Origin: Eledone cirrhosa
Taxonomy: Eukaryota
Length of the DNA: 64,000 bases
Assembly (NCBI GenBank): GCA_964016885.1
Contig: OZ024753.1
Coordinates: 39,866,001-39,930,000 of the forward strand
Reading direction: 5' to 3'
A program made the translations under genes and the position numbers. Under the pieces are notes generated by a model, which saw nothing but the letters and a program-made list of their open reading frames with translations, was not told where the DNA came from and searched no databases. This document shows positions 25,444-39,931 of this stretch, piece after piece (within the stretch, counting starts at the first letter, position 1; every line of letters starts with the position of its first letter).

Positions 25444-27797
25444 TATGTATCTGATCTATTTCTAAACCATTGAGATTTACAAATTTATTATGAAATATAT
25501 GAGACCCCCTTAAAATATTAACATATAGATAAAGGCTTGGAAATACTAGAAATGGCAAAAGTAAATTATATTAGCTACCATCAGAAAATATATTGGATAT
25601 TTAATTAGAGGATGTATAACAGATTACTGAGATTAATTGAAATTGAAGAATATGTATGGATAACTTTAAGAATTGGACCACCTTAATATTCAGTGATTGT
25701 ATAAAGACAAAACATATTGGGCAAGTAAGTGCCTTCTATCATAGTTTCGGTTCGATCTAAGATTTGTGAGTGTGCAAACAAAGGCGTTCCATCCGTAGCT
25801 GTCCCGTCTATTTTTGAGATAGTAGCTGCAAAACTACATTATAGAACGTGTTTTTCTTCATTTTTTGAATGCATTAGTGTGTGATCTGAGTGAGATTTGA
25901 CTGCTATTTATTGCTGGTTATACAATAACGAAGACGTTAGCTCGGCGCCATTAAAGCCCGGGTTAGCTTCCATTGTGAACACCTTTGATCAAAGACACAC
26001 CATCCGTGACAAACACGTCTTCTATTCGTGTTTTATTCAGACATGTATTAAACAAATACATTATTTAGTATGTTATTAGTTGTTTTTTTTAGCTAAGTTG
26101 CATGACTTTAATGAAATTTGACTGCTATACCTAGCAGTTTGAGAGTCTTTATATGCTCCCATTCTTTCTGTATCTACCTATTTGCAAGCGCTGTCATTTA
26201 CAGAGATGTTACAGAAATGTAATAAGCTTCAAGTGAAGTTAGTTGCACTGCATACTAAAATTACTTGCAGAAATGAAACAAGAAACATTATTCTCCTACA
26301 CCCAAATATGTTGAACTCTCTCTTAGTGTAATCTAGGCCTTGCCGCTATTGTGGGTTACATTGAAGTAAGGGTTAGGGCTAGAGGTGATTTAAAACGGGG
26401 TAAGGGAGGAGAAAATGATGATAATAATAAGAAATGATAGTAATAAAATATCAATAAAAAGAAGCAAAACAACAACAACAACAGCAGCAGCAATAGCACT
26501 AAAAAACTGGTGATATTACCATGGAAATCTGATATGTTAGAAAGAAAAGGTGGGTGATACGATCGGCTTAGTTATCAGTTTGGGCAGGTTTGCTGAAAGG
26601 AATGCATCACCCTGAGAGTATATGTCACTGCTGTCGTCATCAACGATGTTTAACGTCATCAAAGTAAATCACATCATCATCATCACCATCGCCATCACCA
26701 CGATCACTTCCTCCACCAGCGCCATCACCAACACCATCACCACCACCACCGCTATCATCAGCACGATCACTACCACCAGCACCGCCATCACCAACAACAC
26801 CACCAACAACACCACCACCATCACCATCGCCACCATCATCATCACCACGATCCTCACCATCGCCATCACCACGATCCTCACCATCGCCATCGCCATCACC
26901 ACCACCACCACCACCACCACATATATGTAAACATTACGCTATCCAGGGACTATTCTTTTATATCTTTCTAACACGCAAAATAATATCAATGTTTGAGTCA
27001 CTTCGGTATAAGTTAAAATTAATGAAGCTTGGGGGTTATTAAAAGGAGTGGTTTGCTAATAGCTGCATAGAAATCCAAAATTATGAAACAATTGTTTCTA
27101 CTTTAGGCACAAGGCCAGCAAATACCCAGTACATTACTGGTACTTTATTTTATCGACCCCGTAAGGATGAAAGGCAAAGTCAACCTCGGCGGGATATGAA
27201 ATAATGGTAATTGCACTGACAAACTATTATTCCATATGGGAGTTATGGGAGTGTGTACTACGGTTTTAGTTCTAAGAGTAATTAGAATTAAGAAATTCCC
27301 TACTACCTATCCCCAAATCTGTTTTCATAGGGTTGATTAGTCTACATTTAAAATGATTAGAAGAATTATATTTACTAGCTGGACCTGTGACAAAATTCAC
27401 GGATAATTTTTAAAATTTAAATATTGTCCAATGAATATTTATCAGTTAATCAAAGTTGTTTGATTTGCAGTATTTTGATGAATAAACAATTATATTTTCC
27501 TTTATTTTATGTATAATAATTGTTTCTACTTTTGGCACAAGGCCAGCAATTACCCAGTACATTACTGGTACTTTATTTTATCGACCCCATAAGGATTAGA
27601 ATAGTTTTGATGTGAAAATCTAATGAATATTTTCCCATATTCGTCTGTTTACATCAACCTTGATTCAGTTTTCCGTTTTATGAAGTGGAGCGATGGTATC
27701 TATGATAGTACTTAAGTATAAAGGAGAGAGAGAGACCAGACAGCAATACTGGAAGTGAAGTATCAAATTGTATTTATTAAAGCTGAAAGTTCAAATT

Positions 27798-27836
<39 letters not shown>

Positions 27837-27842
27837 CGATTA

Positions 27843-27945
27843 TACAGGGTCTCCCTAAAAAGTGTATACACACTTTGATTACCTGTACATGCAAATATTT
27901 ATTAGAATGCTATTGCAGTCTGGTATACATTTTTGGGACACACAA
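27843..27945. mobile_element. Tc1/mariner-type MITE (also ~31871-31974 and ~50747-50908)
   Basis: TACAGGGT.TCCC.AAAA ... TTTTTGGGACAC.C..TA inverted termini in TA context; shared GTATAC subterminal motif. Confidence 0.7.
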
Positions 27946-28099
27946 TATATATATATATATATATGGCTTCTACAGGACTAGAACTGTTTCATTCGGGAGA
28001 ATGAAACACTTCTAGTCCTGTAGAAGCAATTTCTATATTAAATATTCATACTCTGCTATGTACCTTACTGTAGTTAACCCCGATTGAACCCGGGATAAA

Positions 28100-28142
<43 letters not shown>

Positions 28143-28714
28143 ATATATATGTGTGTTAATAGAAAACGAACAATGAAAGCGGACTGGGGAGATGGAAGTT
28201 CTGAAGAAATACGAAGAAAATATTGCAGCCATTTTTCTCAGTGGAGTATCGAAATCATAGTTTGGTGTAAATATCTTTCGGTAGAAGAGTATTGTACACG
28301 GAAAACTTTCAAATGTCTCCTTGAATAAATGGAACCTCGTGTAATTTGTAGACACGAGGAAATACATATAGAGATTAATTGTTCTGCCCTCCTACCAACC
28401 AACCAACCAGTCCCAAATATACACGATTTGAAATGTCAAATAAAGATGCTATTGTGTTTATCCTCTTCATAGATGTATTTGCTTGTATAGTTTGTTTGCT
28501 TGATTGAAGGCAGCTAACTTAGAATGTCAGTGTCGATATTCTTTTATTAAATTATGAAGAAAAAAATATAGTGGTTATATTAAACTTTAGAATCGTTCAC
28601 ATCGAAGTAAAAACTGTGTTTATATAGGGCCATCTTTATACGGTTTCAGTAGTGTTTGAGGTTTTCTAAGAGTGGTTGCTAGCTCCTAGACTGGCCCTAC
28701 TCTCTCTCTCTCTC

Positions 28715-28907
28715 TAAGTGGTTACACAACAGTTAATTCTCCATACCGAGAACTATTGTTTCACCTTAGCGCATCCTCAGCTCGTAATGGACATGTGAAA
28801 CAATTGTTTTCGGTATGGTGAACTAACTGTTGTGTAACCACTTCTACCTAACTCGTCCCATGGACTGAGTGCTCTACCACTACGGATATTACCTTCCAGT
28901 GTTCTAC

Positions 28908-28910
<3 letters not shown>
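28715..28910 (+). mobile_element. Fold-back element family H (second copy 47768-47930); inverted arm holds a hammerhead motif at 28746-28784 (minus)
   Basis: AAGTGGTTACACAACAGTTA / TAACTGTTGTGTAACCACTT arms; tail CATGGACTGAGTGCTCTACCACTACGGATATTACCTTCCAG shared. Confidence 0.8.
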
Positions 28911-28961
<51 letters not shown>

Positions 28962-28964
<3 letters not shown>

Positions 28965-29160
28965 TTACTGTAGGTTCACGTCAGTATGGAGGTGTAGAGC
29001 TAGACAGTGTAATATAATTCTGTCATCACTACCACAGAGATCCCGCGAGCTTTTGATTCTAGATTCGGGCTAGATCGAGACAGTCGAACCTTGAGCTGAT
29101 CTGTAGCGAAACGCGTGTCACCAACCAATCAACTTAACGAAGGAGTAGCCATTCGTCCTT
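28962..29160 (+). mobile_element. Family J, hammerhead 3' half GAAACGCG(C/T)GTC (second copy ~37345-37530)
   Basis: CCTTGAGCTGATC..TAGCGAAACGCG.GTCACCAACCAAT shared; 28962-29017 is an inverted copy of the downstream part seen at ~37445-37526. Confidence 0.65.
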
Positions 29161-29180
29161 ATATTATTATTTTAGCATTA

Positions 29181-29372
29181 GGGCGGTGGATTGGCAGTAT
29201 CGGTAGAGAGTCGGACACCATGCTTTGAAGCATAGAGTTACGTCCCTTTATGATTTGAGTTCAAACCCCGCCGAGGTTAACTTTGCCTTTCATCCTTACG
29301 GGGTCGATAAAATAAAGTACCAGTAATGCACTGGGTAATTGCTGTCCTTGTGCCAAAAGTAGAAGCAATTAT
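29181..29372 (+). mobile_element. Full-length SINE with TSD
   Basis: ATTATTTTAGCATTA flanks both ends. Confidence 0.92.
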
Positions 29373-29441
29373 TATTTTAGCATTATATATATATATATAT
29401 ATATACACATACATACATACATACGTGTGTGTACTATGGTT

Positions 29442-29488
<47 letters not shown>

Positions 29489-30039
29489 ACACACCATACA
29501 CACATACTTACCACACATTTACCACCCACTTACCACATACTTACCAAACATACACAGAAATATCATGGGTTTAAACATGGTTTAACTCTACTAATTTACA
29601 AAACTTCATGATGCTGCTCAACATGAACGATCTGAGTTCAAATCTCACCAAGGTTAACTTTGCCTTTCATCCTTACGGGGTCGATAGAATAAAGTACCAG
29701 TAATACACTGGGATAATTGCTGGCCTTGTGCCAAAAGTAGAAACCATTATAATATATAATTGCTCAATGTACCGTGCAGTAAAATTGAATCCACTACGAT
29801 GTATATATATGAAGTACATTTTCTAAACACGGCCATTACTAAGTTGAAACATCCACTTGGCATCGGCACTCTTACTCTAATCGGCCTTCTGACGTCAATT
29901 GTTATCCATCATACGTCATAAAGTCCTGCATATATATATATATATATATATATATGCATTATTGATTTTCAACTTTTCCACACACACACACATACATACA
30001 TAAATACATATGTATATATACACATAAATTATGTAGGTA

Positions 30040-30872
30040 TATATATTTATATGTATATATATATACATACATTATATATATATATATATATACATTATGT
30101 ATATATATATACATTATATATACATTATATATATATATGTATATATATATACATTATATATATATATGTATATATATATACATTATATATATATATGTAT
30201 ATATATATACATTATATATATATATGTATATATATATACATTATATATATATGTATATATATATACATTATATATATATGTATATATATATACATTATAT
30301 ATATATATGTATATATATATATACATTATATATATACATTATATATATATATATACATTATATATATACATTATATATATGTATATATATATATATATAT
30401 ACATTATATATATACATTATATATATGTATATATATATATATATATATACATTATATATATACATTATATATATGTATATATATATATATATATACATTA
30501 TATATATGTATATATATATATATATATACATTATATATATGTATATATATATATATATATACATTATATATATGTATATATATATATATATATATACATT
30601 ATATATATGTATATATATATATATATATATACATTATATATATGTATATATATATATATATATATACATTATATATATGTATATATATATACATTATATA
30701 TATGTATATATATACATTATATATATGTATATATATATACATTATATATATGTATATATATATACATTATATATATGTATATATATATACATTATATATA
30801 TGTATATATATATACATTATATATATGTATATATATATATGTATATATATACATACATTATATATCTATATA
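30040..30872. repeat. (TA)n minisatellite with CAT/GT interruptions
   Basis: Unit approximately TACATTATATATATG(TA)n. Confidence 0.95.
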
Positions 30873-30876
30873 TAAT

Positions 30877-31064
30877 GGCGGTGGATTGGCAGTATCGGTG
30901 GAGGGTCGGACGCCATGCTTTCCAGCATAGTTACGTCCCTTTACGATCTGAGTTCAAATCCCGCCGAGGTTGACTTTGCCTTTCATCCTTACGGGGGTCG
31001 ATAAAATAAAGTACCAGTAATGCACTGGGTAATTGCTGGCCTTGTGCCTAAAGTAGAAACAATT
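30877..31064 (+). mobile_element. Full-length SINE copy
   Basis: Family consensus match. Confidence 0.92.
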
Positions 31065-31493
31065 ATATATCTATATATACATACATTATATATCTATATA
31101 CACATACATTATATATATATACACATACATTATATATATATATATATATACATATATATATGGAAAAGACCAAAATCAATAATATCAGCCCTCCCAATAT
31201 GAAGGGTTGTGTAAATCTATGATATCATTGTTATTTAAATACATTATTGCCGAAGCAGATTTCAGATTTCAGGACTTTTAACTAAGACAAAGCTTTGAAT
31301 GTTCTATTTAAGATACATTTCGATCGATATATACATTCTCCAACTTTCATTTGCTGCCCTATTTTAAAAATATTTCTGAACTAAATAAGCCCATTACTCC
31401 ATTCGCCCCCCCCTCTCTCTCTCTCTCTCTCTCACATATATACGCACACCACTACACGCTTAAACACACACATACTCCACACAACCACAGGTT

Positions 31494-31581
31494 ACATACA
31501 TACATACATACATACATATATGGCGGTTTCCCAGCATGGCCTCAACCTGTCGGCTGGAAGACGTAATAGAGTAAGACAGTA

Positions 31582-31666
<85 letters not shown>

Positions 31667-31668
31667 CA

Positions 31669-31701
<33 letters not shown>

Positions 31702-31761
31702 GGCGGTTTCCCAGCATGGCCTCAACCTGTCGGCTGGAAGACGTAATAGAGTAAGACAGTA

Positions 31762-31792
<31 letters not shown>

Positions 31793-31800
31793 TACACACA
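31494..31800 (+). repeat. 180-bp tandem duplication of a ~70-bp unique segment between microsatellites
   Basis: TGGCGGTTTCCCAGCATGGCC...CAGTAACGCGCG identical at ~31521 and ~31701. Confidence 0.9.
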
Positions 31801-31968
31801 TACACACATACATACATACATACATACATACATATGCAGAATTTGCTTCAATCATTCCCGGTGGGAGCTATATGCATGGTGTCCCAAAAAATGTATACGC
31901 ACTTTGATTACTTGTACAGGTAATATTTATTAGAGTGCTGTTGAAATGTGTATACAATTTTGGCGGAC

Positions 31969-32009
<41 letters not shown>

Positions 32010-32555
32010 GTATACACGTTAATTTAAGTGAGATAAGTATGGATTGTCTGACCCTGGTAACGTTACTTTATGCGACCCAAACAATTTCCTAAGATTTCCA
32101 TATCAAAGACGCCTTTGATTCCCCTTAAATAAGCTATGGCTTAAATTTAATATCTCCAGGGTCAGTTGCTTTTACCAACAACAATGTGAAACGATTAGTG
32201 GATATTTACGTATTTACCCTTCACTCTGTCTGGAGATTCCGATGCAGCTTGGATGTCAGAAGTTGCTGGTTACCATGTTATCTGAATGCTATAGGGATTA
32301 GAACATGTCTTGAACTTTTAAAATCATCCACAAGAAGCATCAATTATTAGAGCGACTTCTTGATCTTTTTGTTTCAACTGTATAAATATGTAAAGCCTTT
32401 TTCTGGATAATAACTTAAGAGAGAAGCGAGGGATTCTGTGATAAATCATTCACTCAAATCCATAACATTTGTACCCTATTTTCCACGACCTTAGTGCATG
32501 TCTGTTATTTTAGCATCGTTATGCTTACTTGAACTTTGCATATCTTATAGCTTGT

Positions 32556-32783
32556 GTGGGGCGTGTGGCCTAGTGGTAAGGGTGTTGGACTTGGGATTAC
32601 AATGTCGAAAGTTTGATTTCTGGACTGGGTTCTTCCACAAAAAACTTCATTTCATGTTGCTCCAGTATACTCACCTGAAAATGAGTATCACTAATAACTG
32701 GGGATTTAATCCTGCGATGGATTAACGTCGTTTCATGAGATTAGGAAGTCTTCTACTCTCATTCGCTTCACGCCACAGAAACC
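32556..32783 (+). mobile_element. Third tRNA-derived SINE family, degenerate
   Basis: A-box TGGCCTAGTGG; 3' part CCTGCGATGGA...CGCTTCACGCCACAGAAACC. Confidence 0.6.
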
Positions 32784-33850
32784 AGAAGGAAATAAAGAAA
32801 GCGATGTACAAGATAATTTCACAAACACACATCTTCATCCTCATCAGCTGTGAAACCAGGAAAAGGGTTTCGCACGATTTAATTTGGAGAACGATTTTAA
32901 AAATCCTGGATCATGCAGCAGAAAAATAAAACTTTCTGTTGGTTACTTCTATGAGCCAATACACTTTACTTTGTCCTCCTCAATCAATCATTTCTATATT
33001 TCATTTGCCTGTTATGTATGTTACATCGTCTTTGTTTTAAAAAATCCTCTAGCTGATCTAATTAGATTTGCCACACTCGTTTGTTTCTAGATTATTAAAC
33101 ACCTCTAGAGAAAGCTTTTAGTATTTAGTTGCATGAATAGCCACAGTAATGGAAGCTTTTCAGTCTCAGATATGGCATGTATATAAAACTACATCGTATT
33201 TATATTTGATATACAGAACGTTTTCCCTAGAGGTAATTTTCCACAAGCCATAATCATGAAATTCGTCATTAATCTAACGTCCACAACAGCGAAAAACACA
33301 TATATCTTTAGCGCTTCTTACAGCTACAACAAAAGCCATCGAATTGGCAGAAACGTTAGAATGTCGAATAGAAGGCTTTGTCGTATTCGGTCCAGCTCTC
33401 TGCTTTTGGAGTTCAAATCCCACCGGGGTCAACTTGGCCTTTCATCCTTTCGAGATTGATAAAAAAACGTAACTTTCGCTCACTTACTATCTTTCTATGG
33501 AGGAAAATCTTCTGTACTCAGACGTGGAGAGGAATGGGCTCCACCAGGAGTTGTAGGACCATACCATAGCATACCACCAAAGATACAACCGGGACTTAGT
33601 AATAGATTTATACATTTCTGAAACGTGTAGTATCACACATTGACGTACACACATACACACACACATACATACAAATAAGTAAACATATACACACAAACAC
33701 ATAAATACGAGATACACGTATATAATATGTTGTATGAAAACCTAATAAACCAAAACAACAACGACAACAACAACAACAACAACAACAAAACAACGTATGC
33801 CTGTATATATGCATACACGGCAAGAGCTTAACCGTCGGGTGCCGACTCTT

Positions 33851-33884
<34 letters not shown>

Positions 33885-33926
33885 AAGAGTCGGCAAATCT
33901 ATTTATTTATAAGACTGTCTATATTG

Positions 33927-33992
33927 TATTTTGTCTGAAGAAGGCATAACATATTGTTAATATGATATCCCTGAAATATATATAATGAAATA
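33927..33992 (+). ncRNA. Type I minimal hammerhead motif in family D element (33905-34034)
   Basis: TATTTTGT-CTGAAGA-AGGC ATAACATATT gtt AATATGATAT CCCT-GAAA-TATATA-TA-ATGAAATA. Confidence 0.8.
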
Positions 33993-34056
33993 AATATGGT
34001 TTTATAAATATAATTTCCATTTATTTAATATCGTATATATATATATATATATATAT

Positions 34057-34249
34057 ATTTAATATAGAAAGGCTTCTACAGGACCAGAACTGTTTTATTC
34101 GGGAGAAATCATCAGGCTTCCTGATGATTTTTCCCGAATGAAACAGTTCTAGCCCTGTAGAAGCCTTTCTATATTAAATATTTATATTCTGCTTTGTATT
34201 GAGTACCTCTTACTTAATGTCGTTAGCCCCGATTGAACCCGGGATAAAA
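34057..34249 (+). mobile_element. Family C fold-back element with a complete hammerhead
   Basis: 34057-34115 is inverted relative to 34120-34179; (TA)n flanks. Confidence 0.85.
34114..34166 (+). ncRNA. Type I hammerhead ribozyme motif (GUA site)
   Basis: AGGCTTC-CTGATGA-T TTT TCCC GAA T-GAAA-CAG ttctagcc CTG-TA-GAAGCCT. Confidence 0.82.
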
Positions 34250-34377
34250 TTATCTTATATATATATACATATTAAAAATAACAGATTAAAGTTTAAGCAA
34301 AGAATCGCTGCTTTTACCCTTAATTTATATATTTATCCTTATCTTTGGATTTTAGTCTTCAAATTAATTATTATTAC

Positions 34378-34425
<48 letters not shown>

Positions 34426-34899
34426 GATTCTGCGATTTACTGGTGGTGATGCTAATATAAGCACTCGATGTATATCCAGACTGTATATATTAGGGACTCT
34501 GAGCCAATAACCTGTGAAACGTATTACCAGTTCGATACCCCATAAAAACACTGTCTGCCTGTATATATGCATACATGTAAGTGGAAGGAAACTGTACAAG
34601 AGTAAATATATGTATTTCCTCATTGTGGTATACCAGAGATTCATTCTTACCATGTTATTTATTCACATTAATCTTATGTCGTAGCCAAAAGTGGTTTACA
34701 ATTATTTATAATTATGCGTAGAACACTTTCTGTGAATAGAACTTTGTTTGGTTGAGTTGTACTCTGTTGATGTTCATGTTGGTCTTATTGTCACAGAGAG
34801 TGAGTGAGAGAGGCTGTGAAAGAGTGAGGGGTAGAGAGAGGAAGAGAGAGACACGTGTATATATAACAATTATACTAGTAGCAGTGAAATGATCTCTCT

Positions 34900-35255
34900 C
34901 TCTGTATATATATATGTATATATATATATGTATATATAATGTGTGTGTGTGTGTTCATGTGTATATATATATATATTCATTTGTATATATATATGTGTGT
35001 TCATGTGTGTATATATATGTGTGTTCATGTGATTATATATATGTGTTCATGTGTGTATATATATATATATATGTTCATGTGTGTGTATATATATATATGT
35101 TCATGTGTATGTATATATATATATATATATATGTTCATGCGTATATATATATATATATGTTCATGCGTATGTATATATATATATGTTCATGTGTATGTAT
35201 ATATATATATATATATGTTCATGTGTATGTATATATATATATATATGTTCATGTG

Positions 35256-35293
<38 letters not shown>

Positions 35294-35673
35294 CATGTGT
35301 ATGTATATATATATATATATATATGTTCATGTGTATGTATATATATATATATATGTTCATGTGTATATATATATATGTTCATGTGTATATACATATATAT
35401 ATATGTGTGTGTGTGTGTGTATTTATTCATGTATATATGCATAATGTACATGCACACTATAACACACACACACTGACATATACAATCACACACTCACACA
35501 TACATACACACATGCATATATACATAATCATCTCACTTGTCACCGCGTAAATTGTTTTGCTAAGTACAATGATTAGGTTTCTTTCTCAACAAATAATACT
35601 AGTATTGGAAGAGGGAAAACAATATTGAAAAATATATATTATATATAAAATATTGTAAAATACAAAAGATGTC

Positions 35674-35732
<59 letters not shown>

Positions 35733-36565
35733 GTGTGGACTAATAAATATATAAGCAATTATATATATATTTATTTATATATTTCTTTGTTTATATATAT
35801 ATTTAGATATAAATGTATAAATAAATAAATATACATATATAAGTATATAAATATATATTTATATATATATACTTATATAAGTATATATATATATATAAAT
35901 AAATATATATAAATAAATATATATAAATAAATATATATATATTAATAAATATATATATATATAAATGTATCAATAAATAAATATATATAAATGTATAAAC
36001 AAATATAAATAAATATATATATATATATATATAAATGTATAAATAAATAAATATGTATAAATAAACAAATATAAATAAATATATATATATATATATAAAT
36101 GTATAAATAAATAAATATGTATAAATAAATAAATATATATAAATATATATAAATAAATATATAAATATATATATATAATATATATATAAATAAATATATA
36201 AATAAATATATAAATATATATATAAATATATAAAAGATGAAACCAACAATATCAGGAAGACTGTTTCTTCCAAGTAAATCAATTATATTGTCTTCTATTT
36301 TGGAGGGAATGTTTTGTAGTATATGTTAGTGCTTTCACTGTGGGTGTGTACATACACATTTGTCTGTGGTGGTGTATATATTCTTATATGTGTATGTGTG
36401 TGCACGTGTATGTTTTTGTCTACGTATGTGTGTGCCTGTGTGTGTGTGTATGTGTGCAGAAGCTTGTATACAAACTTAGGCATCTATATGTTTGTATACG
36501 AGTACACTCATACACATAAGTGAATAGTTGGGTGTATGTAGACACACCACACATACACCACACAT

Positions 36566-36601
<36 letters not shown>

Positions 36602-36947
36602 CGTATATATACTTTCATACGTTTATATATATATATTTGTTTATATATATATATTTATGTATATATATATATACGTTTATATATATATATATATACTTAC
36701 TATCATACGTTTATATATATACATATGTATATATATATATATATATATATAATTAATATCATACGTTTATATATATATGTATGTATATATATATATATGT
36801 ATATATACTTAATATCATACGTTTATATATATATGTATGTATATATATATATGTATATATACTTAATATCATACGTTTATATATATATGTATATATACTT
36901 ACTATCATACGTTTATATATACTTGTGTATATGTATTGATATCTATA

Positions 36948-36990
<43 letters not shown>
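34900..36990. repeat. Successive (TA)n-based minisatellites (GTTCATGT, TAAA, TCATACGTT cores)
   Basis: Visible periodic cores within TA tracts. Confidence 0.9.
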
Positions 36991-37682
36991 TGTTTCTATA
37001 TTGAATATATAGACAAAGGAGAGAGACCGTAGTTCATATATATATATATACACATATACATATATCAGGATGGATTCAGTTTGAAACTGGTTAGACCATT
37101 ACTGAACAGAGTACTCAATACGTAGAGAAGTAGAGTATGGAACTAGTTGTTGAAACGGCAAAAGCTCAGCCGTCTTGTCACATATACTATATATATTTAG
37201 TATATATGATTCAGCGATTTACTGGTGGTGGTGCCAATATGAGCACTTAAAGTACTGCCAGTAGGTATATTTTATGGGCCCCGGGCCAGTCATGTCTGAA
37301 ACGTGCGTACATGTCGATAATCAATACATACAAGTAAAGGGAACTTCAGGCTAGATCGATACAGATTAAACCTTGAGCTGATCAATAGCGAAACGCGCGT
37401 CACCAACCAATAAACGTAATGAAGGAGTAACTATTCGTCCGTGTTTTATTACACTACACTCTGTCTAGCTCTACACCTCGATACTGAAGTGAACCTGAAC
37501 ATCGAGTGCTCAACCTACAATAACTCCACGTTACACTCCCTGTATATATATATATAAATATGTATATATTGTTATATTTGGGGAGGGTCATATTGTTATA
37601 ATATTTCCAGAAGTAATAATAGAACACCATCATTGTTTGGTTTGGATTGGTTTTCGCTTCTGTATCTTTTATATCTCCATAG

Positions 37683-37762
<80 letters not shown>

Positions 37763-38156
37763 ATCACTTGCTCAAGAATATGTTCTCTCACAACAAACAC
37801 ATCACAAATACATTTATATTCATTGTCGTCACTCTCGTTTACTTTCGTTCTGAGACAGAAAATGCCCCAAAAGAAATATACCAAAAATAAAAAATATATA
37901 ACCGGCTCTTTTCAAATCTAATTTCATAAAAGCTTCGCATGGCACTGCAGCCCATCCTATGATTATTCTTCTTGGAGATTCTCACAACGCAAGAATCTTT
38001 GTACATTCAACTGCCTTACCCCACCTCTCTCTCTCCCATCCTATATTTCTCCATCATATATTTTACGTATTCTTTCTTTACTATCGTTATTTTATATTCT
38101 CTGTAATGTTATTTCTTATAACTCCATAATCTTTTTCACTCGTTTTCTCATTCGTC

Positions 38157-38201
<45 letters not shown>

Positions 38202-38386
38202 ATATATATATATATACATATATGTGCGTGCATATATACATATGTATATACGTATATATATGTGTATATTAATAAGAGGAATTCCAACTTTGTCTGATTT
38301 ACTCGTTTTATTTACAATCCTTTAAAATATATATAATGGTATTATAATGAAATAGTATGATAGAATATTAAATTCTAAGTGTTAAT

Positions 38387-38424
38387 TGAACAAGTACTTT
38401 CATGCTTCGCAATCTTCAGGTTCA
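38387..38424 (-). ncRNA. Type I minimal hammerhead ribozyme motif in the PLE 3' region
   Basis: Minus strand: TGAAC-CTGAAGA-T TGC GAA GCA T-GAAA-GTAC-TT-GTTCA. Confidence 0.85.
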
Positions 38425-38799
38425 TGATATGTGGTGACAGTCGAGTTTGCAATTTTCAACTGTAATGAGATGGGTAAATTTCCTACCTCTTATACATTTT
38501 ATACAGAGAAAAGTGGCTCCAGAATGCAAAGCCCTGTAAACTGTATTTCGACCAATCAGTGTGTAGTTTCACTGAATTACTACAGCTGATTGGTTTAAGC
38601 GTCACGGCTGGTTGAGCATGCTAACGACCAATAGTCATATCCAACGTATCAATTGTTTTGCTTTTTTGAAATGATGAAAATAGCATTTTCTATTAATCAT
38701 CACCATCAACATCACTTTTATTATTATTATTATTGTTGTTGTTGTTGTTGTTAGTGGTCGTGGTCATAGTGGTAGTAGAAGTAATACCCCTAGGCGTTA

Positions 38800-39357
38800 T
38801 TATTGTTCATTTAGCTTGGGTTTGAATTTATCAATAAAATTCTTTTCTTTGATTTTTCTCTTGATTTCACTTGGGCTGTGTAATTTGTAGAATGGGAATA
38901 TTATAAATATTCCCTGACCACATGTTGCCAGGTGGCCGCTTAGGGGTATCTGACGGACATTTGGGTCTCTGATTTGTTGACGGTGTACCCGTGCACGTTC
39001 CGATAGTGCATTTCCAGTTTGACCGACATATAGTTCTTCACAATTCGGGCATTTAATGCAGTAAATTAGATTTCTGCTTTTGCAGTTCATATTTGCATTT
39101 GTGAATATTTTTCCAGTTTTTGTTTTCATATATTGACCGGCGTGTATGGATTGACATGTGCCGCATCGATTATCATTGCATTTAGATACAGTGAATGATT
39201 GGTCTTTGTTGTTAAGGTCAAACTTTGCTTTTGTTAGCAATTGCTTCAAATTTTTTGGCTGTCTTTTACTAAGAGTCAAAGATCGATCTGTGATTAAGCC
39301 TTTTAATTCATTACTTTGAGCAATGATCGGTAGGTTTGCTTTGGCAGTGTTGAAGAT
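38800..39357 (-). CDS. PLE C-terminal linker, Cys-rich motif and GIY-YIG endonuclease (5'-truncated; Neptune/Naiad-like)
   Basis: SKRQPKNLKQLL, CNDNRCGTC, NCKSRNLIYCIKCPNCEELYVGQT..LSERARVH, H..C, E..FI.KFKPKLN; frame stays open upstream of 39279 (IFNTAKANLPIIAQSNELKGLITDRSL) to the TA tract. Confidence 0.88.
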   Translation of the reverse strand: MFNTAKANLPIIAQSNELKGLITDRSLTLSKRQPKNLKQLLTKAKFDLNNKDQSFTVSKCNDNRCGTCQSIHAGQYMKTKTGKIFTNANMNCKSRNLIYCIKCPNCEELYVGQTGNALSERARVHRQQIRDPNVRQIPLSGHLATCGQGIFIIFPFYKLHSPSEIKRKIKEKNFIDKFKPKLNEQ

Positions 39358-39931
39358 ATATGTGTATATATATATATATATTTATAGCTTCCTTTTACAC
39401 AAGACACAAGTACTTATACACGCTCTCATAAACAGTCACACAAACTGAAAAAAAAACTCAGCAAAAAAAAATATCTCATTTTATCTTTTTCTTCTCCAAT
39501 CTCTCTCCCCCTCTCTCTGTCTCTTTCTCTCTCTCTCCCCCCCCTCTCTCTCTCTCTCTCTTTACTTCTCCACTCCATTTCTCTTGAAGATTTCTCTTGA
39601 AGGATAAAAAGAAAATTGTAATTTATTAATCATATTGAGATTTAAAAAAAACTTTTTCCCCTCAGTTGTATGTTTGTGTTTGTTCAGTATAGGGAACTTT
39701 GAAGAGTTGTAATGGTGAGGAATGATTATCTAATCAGTTTGGCTGATGAAAAACGGAAGTGTGAATCGTGTCATTAATTCTATTTCATCTCCTTCCGCCA
39801 GTCACATCGGTCATATGAGTTTTATCATTTTACCAAAACATCATCTCACTATTTTGAAGAACTCACACAAAAGTCTCTTACATACATGCATACCTCAACA
39901 TACATATAGTGTGATAAGGCAACCTTTTATA

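Larger units (their letters stand above)
38269..39357 (-). mobile_element. 5'-truncated Penelope-like retroelement (GIY-YIG ORF end, 3' UTR and hammerhead)
   Basis: GIY-YIG ORF with a hammerhead ~380 nt downstream on the same strand; both ends abut TA-rich repeats. Confidence 0.88.
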
